The notes beneath the pieces were generated by a model. That model saw only the letters and a program-made list of their open reading frames with translations, made no database searches and had not been told where the DNA came from. The position numbers were made by a program, and so were the translations under genes. Shown piece by piece: positions 53,724 through 62,702 of a stretch of DNA of 62,702 bases (positions are counted from its first letter, which is position 1; every line of letters begins with the position of its first letter). Source of the DNA: Octopus bimaculoides. Its lineage: Eukaryota. Location of the stretch: positions 60,053,600 through 60,116,301 of the forward strand of contig NC_068988.1 of assembly GCF_001194135.2 (NCBI RefSeq). Direction: 5' to 3'.

Positions 53724-54000
53724 TTTAGTTTTCTTACATGAGTTCAAGCTTGGGCCCAATGCCTCCCAGACTACTGTCAATATCAGCAGAGTGTGGGGTG
53801 AGGTGTCCACAAGTAATTACTCATTACGAAGGTGGTTCAGAAATCCCGTAGTGGTGATGAGACCGTTTATGATGAAGAAGGTAGAGGACGGTAATGCAGT
53901 TTTGACACTGAACAACTGAAAGCAATTTTTGACCAAAATCCACGTCAAAGTGTTAGTTATCAGATACTTAGAGTTTCATACGTTGAAGATATCGAGATAG
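53724..54000 (+). mobile_element. Mos1-like mariner transposase N-terminal remnant
   Basis: LVFLHEFKLGPNASQTTVNISRVWGEVSTSNYSLRRWFRN and EQLKAIFDQNPRQSV (HTH domains). Confidence 0.8.
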
Positions 54001-54989
54001 GTTTTATAATAAATCTAGTGCAACCAAATATTTTCCAAATTCTTGGCACATGCTCTATACAGTTTACCAATCAGAACAGCGGAACAAAAGACACCAGAAA
54101 ACAATTTTAAAAATGAGATGAAAAGCAGGGGAATATGTGGAAAGGTGAACTAAATGGAAAATAAAGGAAAAGAGGGAAAAAAGCTCTTATAAGTTTGCTT
54201 AACCTTATTTCGGATACATTTATTTGGCATAGGATTCTGCTTACTGTTACAACCCTGCATCGAAAAATACATTCACCTTAACAGGTGACGAGTAAATTCT
54301 CTTTTATGACTGACGATTCAGTTCATTTATCTAGGGATGGCTTCCTTGAGTGCTTCCATAGCATCCTCCCACAAATTTTAAATGAAACGAATTCTTGAAT
54401 TATTGGCCCCAGTGCAGTGGTCGAAAGGAATATAGACTCCCGCAACTTATTTTCGAGGTAAATTAAACGTTTCGTAAAAGTATTAATTCGTCAGCATCAT
54501 TCGTGATCAGGAACCTTGGTATTTCTTCTATTTACTGGTAGCATACTGATGGGTGCGTGTACATATATCTGCATCAAAATTACACAGACTTGCAACACAG
54601 TGATATAAACACAAGCAACACAAGCACTAGTCACTGCATTCTTGATAGCTGAGCATTTTCAGGGGATTTTGGGGCGTGTTTTGGCGTTCAAAGCAGTGTC
54701 TTCGACTGGTCATTGTCTCCTTTTATTAAAGATCAATTAGTGATAAACGTAACATGGTTCGCAATTGGCCGTACCGTTATGTGCAAGATTAGTGAAAAAT
54801 GAATTAGAATGAGGATAAATGTTTACTTTCTTAAGTGTACCTTATACTTCTAAGACACAGAGAAATTAAATGATGAATCTTAACGTATTTCACTTAAATT
54901 CCCTCTATTGTTTCTGTCTTCGAATATGAAGGGAGAGGGTGCAAGAGGATCAGACAGGTCTATTGAAGACATCTAAACTCCCCCAGACA

Positions 54990-55021
<32 letters not shown>

Positions 55022-55679
55022 AATATATATATANNNNNNNNNNNNNNNNNNNNNNNNNNNNNNNNNNNNNNNNNNNNNNNNNNNNNNNNNNNNNNNNNNN
55101 NNNNNNNNNNNNNNNNNNNNNNNNNNNNNNNNNNNNNNNNNNNNNNNNNNNNNNNNNNNNNNNNNNNNNNNNNNNNNNNNNNNNNNNNNNNNNNNNNNNN
55201 NNNNNNNNNNNNNNNNNNNNNNNNNNNNNNNNNNNNNNNNNNNNNNNNNNNNNNNNNNNNNNNNNNNNNNNNNNNNNNNNNNNNNNNNNNNNNNNNNNNN
55301 NNNNNNNNNNNNNNNNNNNNNNNNNNNNNNNNNNNNNNNNNNNNNNNNNNNNNNNNNNNNNNNNNNNNNNNNNNNNNNNNNNNNNNNNNNNNNNNNNNNN
55401 NNNNNNNNNNNNNNNNNNNNNNNNNNNNNNNNNNNNNNNNNNNNNNNNNNNNNNNNNNNNNNNNNNNNNNNNNNNNNNNNNNNNNNNNNNNNNNNNNNNN
55501 NNNNNNNNNNNNNNNNNNNNNNNNNNNNNNNNNNNNNNNNNNNNNNNNNNNNNNNNNNNNNNNNNNNNNNNNNNNNNNNNNNNNNNNNNNNNNNNNNNNN
55601 NNNNNNNNNNNNNNNNNNNNNNNNNNNNNNNNNNNNNNNNNNNNNNNNNNNNNNNNNNNNNNNNNNNNNNNNNNNNNNN

Positions 55680-55735
55680 TTAATCTTTTACTTGTTTCAG
55701 TCATTTGACTCTAGTCATGCTGGAGCACCACCTTT
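55680..55735 (-). mobile_element. SINE family A, 3-prime tail
   Basis: CTTTTACTTGTTTCAGTCATTTGAC...CATGCTGGAGCACC. Confidence 0.7.
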
Positions 55736-55751
55736 ATATATATATTAGTGC

Positions 55752-55798
<47 letters not shown>

Positions 55799-58700
55799 CG
55801 TGCGTGTGTGGTTGAATCATATGTACATGACGGCTTGAAGAAGAGATTATGAATGAATTTATAGCCTCTTACTACTACTCTGCCAATCTGTAGGTTACAT
55901 ATTTAGATTATTCAGAAAATATATTCAAATTTAATAATAACTTTGTTTCGTAGACATTTTCTTTTCACAGATGTAAATGGAAATGTTATTGTGTTCCTGT
56001 AGTTATCTTTCTGTTATGTTCTTATCAGTAGGCGGTTGAGTAGCGGAATTTGCTGGATTACAAGTGAAAAACATAACGATTTCGTAACTTGTTGTTGTTC
56101 AAATCCCAGCCATGTAGTATTTGCCTTTCATTATTCTGGCAATAATAAAATAATTTACAAGTGAATGGTTGGCCATGAATTAATTGGCTATCAAACTACA
56201 GTCTTCCTAAATTGTGGTCTTGTGATACCAATTAGATGTTTATTTTTTTTTTACCACAATGCAGTTGATTGGTAACAAAATTGTCGACAAAACGTACTGC
56301 ATGGAAATTTTTGGTGAACATGATTTCTTTTGGCTACATATATATTTAATATGTGTATATGCATACACACGCAATATACATACAGTGTCTGTGCGTGTGT
56401 GTATGTGTGTGTGTGTGTATACCACAATAGTGTATACAGAGACAATTATTCAAAATATGCATTAACATTTACTGTCATTTAAAAATATCTCTGAATATAC
56501 GGAGTTGTATTTTGATACTCTTGATGTTTAACGACATGCCAATGATGTTAGAGCATTGAAATGATGAGAAAAGTTTCATCTATGATCGTTTTTCCAGACA
56601 GTGTAAGCAGGAATCTAATATAAAATGTGTTCTTTATATTTAGAAATATATTTTCCAATTAATTCTTACAGGTTGAGTAAAACCCTCGAAGCACATTCAT
56701 TTGTGAGAATCATATATTTTAAACAGTAAAGTTGATGATGGGTTAAATCAAATGGAAGATTTATAAATAATTCCTGATCTCCGAGTGACGGATTATTTAC
56801 TTTGTAAATCAAGTAGAATTCCGTATATATATTATATAGTATGTTGAAAACTTTTATTTACTGAGATTACTCGTGAAATTATGTAACAAATTCCACCGGA
56901 ACGTGGTAAAAATCTAAGAACCCAGACAAGGGCAATGACGCTAATATATTCCATCGATTTTTCTTAGTATTCAGAAAGGAGTGTGAATTTACTGAAGCAG
57001 CGGTTATTTATCCATTTGTTTCTTTAGGTTATAATATAAGTTCATGATAATTTCAGTTGTAATGTCACTTGAGAATTTCCTTACTGGAAACATATTTTGA
57101 ATTACTAGAAGCATTTATGTGTGATGTAGTCGAAGTCCTGAGGTAAGTTAAGAGAATCCAAAATTACTAATTAAACAGGGAAGCTTACTACTGAATCTCT
57201 TTCTGTCCCGGAAACATATAATTGATTGTAGGAGTAGTGATTGTCTCTTTCCAAGTTCGGTTTGTGTTGGGGAGTTTTTGTTTTAATTTACAAAGAGATC
57301 TACTAACGCATATACAGTACTTGTCTCCCGCAATTGCCTTAATAATGAAAGTAATACTTGTGAATGAGCTACTATTGTCTTTCTCTCAACACATTATTAT
57401 TTCTAGTGATATTTCAGATGGTTGCTGCACTGAATATGATAACGTTATTTACAAATGCTAACGAGATATATACGCTTACGAATGATTCCTGAGGAATAGC
57501 AATAGCATAAATTACACATTACCGATTTACAAGATGGAAGAAAGCATTGGGTAGTATAATCCGCGACACACTATGTCTAAAAAGGGAAGGGTTGGGTATG
57601 GTCGGATTGTCTTTCTCTCTCAGGATACCCGATCATTTCTGACATCAGGGTAAACAACAGCAATACATGCAAGTTTTAGAAATCTTACGTTTTCCAAATT
57701 AACATTTTGATTTGCTATTAAAATACGATAGTTTTATTTAGCCGTTAGAGAAACGAGTGCTGTGGGAGATCCTGGGAATATAGTGATATTCTTATTCCTT
57801 TATCCCCTTTTATACTCTGATTATCTTTAAAAAGATTGTGGTTTGTTTGACTCTCAATGCGTTAGCCATGTGAGATATTGGTAGTAATCGTAACTTCTAT
57901 AAACCATCCCCGACAGGTGTGACCCGTGTCATCGAGAGCTCTAATTTATCATTTTCATGGCATTATCTGTAGAAAACCTCGAAGACGGAAATGGAGCTAC
58001 CCGATGACTGGTAAGATCAGTTGAAGTGTGGTGAAGTGTACGAAACATTTAATTACGTGGTCTTAATCTGGGAAGTATTTTTTTAAATTTAGGTTATTGT
58101 ACGACATAGTTTACTAGTCAACAAATCTCAACATTTTTCAACTTTTAGCCCGCGAAGGCAGTATGATTAATAAAACGAGACTCAAATGGAATGCTATTGT
58201 CATTAATGACCTTTTTATAGCGAAACTTTCTATACTGAGCTTTTAAATCACTCAGTTCATGATAGCCATCTTATCACAGAAATGTTTATGATTTAGTATA
58301 ATATTGTCGGTCGATATTGTTGTTTCTTTTCTTTATACTCTGTTTTATTTAAACAAACCCATGATATTTTAGCGTCACCTCCTAACTCTACGGAAATCAA
58401 TATATTCTTTCCTCTCCCCTTATTATATAACCACTTTGTTGATTTTATAGAGGAGACATTTATTTTGTTAGATTGATGCAATCACCACGGAAACTAGTGA
58501 TTACAGATAATAGGATATTACATAAATTCTTTATGTTTCAGATAAGATCAGATAGATATAACTGATGTTATTGTTTAAAAGTTTTCAAGATGAATAGATT
58601 TAGAAGAATGAAAATGAATTGTGTTTCTGTGCTATCTCGAATAATGTATTCCTGTGATCTCATTTGGGTGTGTTTCTATAATATGTATTCACTGAGACGT

Positions 58701-60607
58701 TGTTTATAATTAAAAAAAAAAAATTGGTGATTATCTAAAACTAAAGGTCAAAGTAGGCTCTTTTGTTAACGGAATTCTGTTATTTAATGCCTAAGTCAAT
58801 GAGGAGAAAGCAGCCAGCTGTTGTTAACTTTTGCTCGAACTTCCGATTCAGTTCAGGAAGATCGGGCAATAAAGCACGGTGATGTGCTAATGTAGGAGGA
58901 AGTGGATCCTAGTTCAAGTCATCTTCAGATGAGTTTCCTATTGAGTGGATCCGTTAAAAGCATCTAAGGGCGGTAAGAATATTAAGCTACATAAAGAACG
59001 AGGTCTAATATCCAAGAACGCATACAGTTAACAAACTAATTTTTCTGAACCAGCTTTCGTCGATATATCTCAGACAGATATATCGAAACTGGAACGATAT
59101 GTTCCGCAAGCAAAATTCTTGATCATATATTCATTCATATCACCTTTTCTCTTTTTATAAATACGTTAACCGCACAGAAGTTTACACAAAAACTGACAGA
59201 GTAAGAGAAATGTGAGAAATCCATAAAAACTACTAAACATTTCTGTTTTGTTCTTTTATATATAAAATATTCTATACAAATTTCTATACGAAGAAAGGTT
59301 TTCGTGGCAGCTGATACTTTCCAATATATAAAAAGCATTTATTATTAAAAAATTACTTTTTTTGATTTACTGAGGTCTGACGTCTGTGTCCGGCTTTTCC
59401 CAAAAGAAATTTACGTGATATGATTTGATTTTAAAGAATTGCGAAGCATAAACGTTTATCTACCATCTCTTTCATCCAGCGGCCATATAGGAATTGTAGT
59501 CTTACTTCAGATTGACTGAGAAGTGAAGGCTATGTATACTAGATTATTCATATTTTCTGCATGAGACCTCAAATAACTTACTTTTATTTTCTATTCATTT
59601 ACTGAACAATGAAGAAATTATCTCACGAAGCAGCGGCATCAGCAAGAACCTTCGCCACTAAAAGAGCAAGAAATTACAGCTGAATCTTCTACAAATCATA
59701 TCCCACTATCTTAAAGAAATTATGCATTGGATTATATTGTACTACATATACTTTCTCTATATTAAAGATGTGAATATTACGGATCCCTTTGTATCATACT
59801 GTGATTTAACACCTTTATTCAACCGTTTCCTCTATCTAAACGGTTGTCTTTCTAAGTAGTATATATCTACCATAACAATAATTCTTTATTCTATATTAAT
59901 ATATTTTAAATAGCTTTCATAATAAAAAATATCAACCCCTTTTAGGAGCAGTGTCATTGATATGGATCTCATGAGATAGCTTTCTTGTATTCCATTCTAT
60001 TGTATTGTATTTTTTCATATATCATATTGCTTGGTATTTATTCAAGGATATATGTATATGGTGTGTATGTATGTACATATGTAAGTATATAGTACATTTT
60101 ATGACAAGTTATGGTCCTTAGAATTTGAGGAATACAAACTATAGTGCACTCCAGTCTACTCATTTTAATAAATATAGGGGATACAAACATAAAATAAATA
60201 ATTCAAACGAAACTAATACAAACATATTCAAAATCTTACCCCTTTCGGCTAGGCTTTTCGCGTAACTCTGTTAAAGTCAGCTTCAATCTTTTTGACTTGA
60301 TTTGAATTATATTTCGGAAAAAGTTGTTAGCCGTGATAGTCATCTAAAGCAGAAATAGAACGTGGATAATATTTACGAATACAAACTTACATACAGTTTT
60401 CAAACTACTTTAAGAGGCTTCTTTTAATGAGGGAGCTTCTCTGCAGTCATTTACTGCCACAGAAATAGGTGTCGATTAACTCTAAAACTACTCCAACTTA
60501 TCAAATATGTACACTTGCATACACACAGATCAAAAATTACGCTGCAAAAAATATGTGTGAAATTAATCACTATTCCTAATCTTTCTGGGCTCATTCAATG
60601 CGTAAGT

Positions 60608-61059
60608 TCTACAATGACTATTTTCAAGTTTTAGCTATCCCATATAGATTTCAATCTTCCGACAATGATATTTCAGTCAAGTGAATAACCTATTCCTGAA
60701 TTAACGTACAAGTGGCTGAACTGCCCATTGGCACGTGTATCCTCAACGTAATTCCCCAGTGGTATAGGCATGACACAGCTTCTGATCACATTGTAATATT
60801 TTGAGTAACATGGACAAACCACCCGACAAAACTATTTTGGAATATTTCAACCGAATGTTATTAATAATTTTGGTTCGACGTGTGTCAAGACAAAACTATA
60901 AATGGCTCGATGTGCAACAGCATGTTTAAACGCTATTCTAAACAAAGAAGCATTTGACTATGAGCAGTTGACTATGTACAAGTAAAATTATTCCCAAATC
61001 AAATCGTAATACTATTTCCCAAATTAATTTCATTGTTTCCTAAAGAAAGTTTAGAGACG
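60608..61059 (+). repeat. Local duplication, copy 1 (about 450 bp)
   Basis: Aligns end to end with 61943-62407; 60682-60759 is identical to 61991-62068. Confidence 0.9.
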
Positions 61060-61095
61060 CACAGACACGCACATACACACACATATGTATGCATG

Positions 61096-61126
<31 letters not shown>

Positions 61127-61139
61127 TTATATATGCATG

Positions 61140-61171
<32 letters not shown>

Positions 61172-61251
61172 GAAAGAGAGAGAGAGGGAGAGACCGAAAG
61201 AATAACAGTATGCGACGAAAGCACTACTAGCTCAACAATGCAGCTTAACGT

Positions 61252-61296
<45 letters not shown>

Positions 61297-61942
61297 TTTA
61301 GTTAGTTAGTTAGTTAGCTAGCTAGCTAGAACGCCATATACAGCAATATTCGCTAAGATGTCCTCTCATGTAGACGCACATTGCTTGAAAGCACACACAT
61401 ATATCGTAGTAAAACGTAATCTTCTGTTCTCTGCAACGAAACGACATGGCTGCGTGATTTCAGCATACCGTAGAAGATATCCATTCACTGTAGACCACTC
61501 AGTTGTCACTGACAACATAATATCGAATATGTCTGCATCTTCAACAGGTTTATTGAAAAAGTAAATATTTACGATGTAAGCAGTTTTAATGCCAAAAGTC
61601 ATTCTTTATGCATGTATGCACACACACATACACATGACGTTGTTTCAGAGTGTGACACACATATTACAAAATAAGATACATTTGTTAAAAGGTGGTTTAA
61701 AATTCTTCATTAAATAGTCGCGGAAATATCTAAAATATTATATATGACACTTGAAGATTGAACATTTTTGATTTCGAAATGTTTCAATCTTCTGAATACA
61801 ATTTTTGATTACTGGCCCTTTTTAATATTTGATGACACACATTGTTCTTCAGACGCTCCAATCATTTCCATCATTTCATGTCAATATTTATTTAGGTAAA
61901 TTGAAAAATTCATACTTCGAGATTCTTCATGGTTTTGTACAC

Positions 61943-62407
61943 TCTACAATGAATATTTTCAAGTCTTCCGACAATGAGATTTCAGTCAAATGAATAACCT
62001 ATTCCTGAATTAACGTACAAGTGGCTGAACTGCCCATTGGCACGTGTATCCTCAACGTAATTCCCCAGCGGTCTAGGCATGACACAGCTTCTGACCACAT
62101 TGTCATATTCTTAGCAACACGGACAAACCACCCGACAAACATCTTTTCGAAGACTTCAAGCAAATTTTATTCAGAATTTTGGTTCGACGCGTGTCAAGAG
62201 AAAAATATCATTGGATCGATGTGCAACAGCATATTTAAACGCTATTCTAAACAAAGAAACATTTCATGTTACGATTCTGACAATTCATTAAAACAAATGC
62301 ATTAAAAAAAAGCAGTTGACTATTTACAAGTAAAATAATTCCCAAATCAAACCGTAGTACTATTTCCCATATTAATTTCATTGTGTCCTAAAGAAAGTTT
62401 ACAGACG
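61943..62407 (+). repeat. Local duplication, copy 2
   Basis: See copy 1. Confidence 0.9.
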
Positions 62408-62670
62408 TTTCACATATTCCTCTATCCATCAAGATCCATGGCGTATAAAGTTCTCTCTTTCCTCGCTGGAAAGGAAGTAATATGTTTCCTCTCTCAAGCC
62501 CTATGAACGAAAAATCCCTGGAATGCAGATATTTTGAAAGTTTAACTTTGGTGAGAAGGAGAATTTTCTTCATCACCGCTCCATATATACACACATGCAA
62601 ATGATTAATCGCTGACCAAACACCATTCAATTTTTTTTCTCCGTGTTTTTCTCTTTGTTTTCTCCGTATT

Positions 62671-62702
62671 CTTTCTGTCGAAGAGCGTAGCTCGAAAAGT
62701 TA
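62671..62702 (+). ncRNA. Degenerate hammerhead-like motif, truncated by the window edge
   Basis: CUUU-CUGUCGA-A-GAGC-gua-GCUC-GAAAA-GUU: perfect stem II but two core deviations; has a pyrimidine-rich leader like the one at 18420-18455. Confidence 0.4.

Noticed and set aside
54465-54499. Minus-strand CUGACGA...GAAACGUU
   Set aside because: Stem II is weak and A/U-rich, and stem I does not pair.
60809-62237. Matching 39-codon frames in both duplicate copies (MDKPPDK...QQHV* and TDKPPDK...QQHI*)
   Set aside because: Substitutions are spread over all codon positions and only one is synonymous, so there is no coding signature; the longer 62021..62305 frame has stops in copy 1.

Overview
AT-rich, microsatellite-dense eukaryotic genomic DNA with many N gaps, most flanked by (TA)n or (CA)n. 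The repeat families resemble those I recall from Octopus, so O. bimaculoides is the probable source (inference, no database search run). I cannot support any host protein-coding gene, rRNA, true tRNA or CRISPR array. The window is mostly decayed transposons: Penelope-like elements (PLE), CR1/L2-group, RTE, L1/Tx1 and R4/Dong-like LINEs, a Ty3/gypsy pol remnant, several Tc1/mariner/maT remnants, MITEs and at least three tRNA-derived SINE families. The most interesting signal is at 10.5-11.6 kb: a composite element built as tRNA-like Pol III head, (AAT)n linker, then a tail with a PLE-style minimal type I hammerhead ribozyme. A second, head-less copy lies nearby in inverted orientation. Further hammerhead-like motifs occur at 11.8, 18.5 and 62.7 kb. 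Other oddities are a nested duplication/inversion at 11.0-11.3 kb, a PLE with an internal inversion at 37.4-38.8 kb and a local duplication with a 78-bp identical core at 60.6-62.4 kb. Coordinates of decayed elements are approximate.
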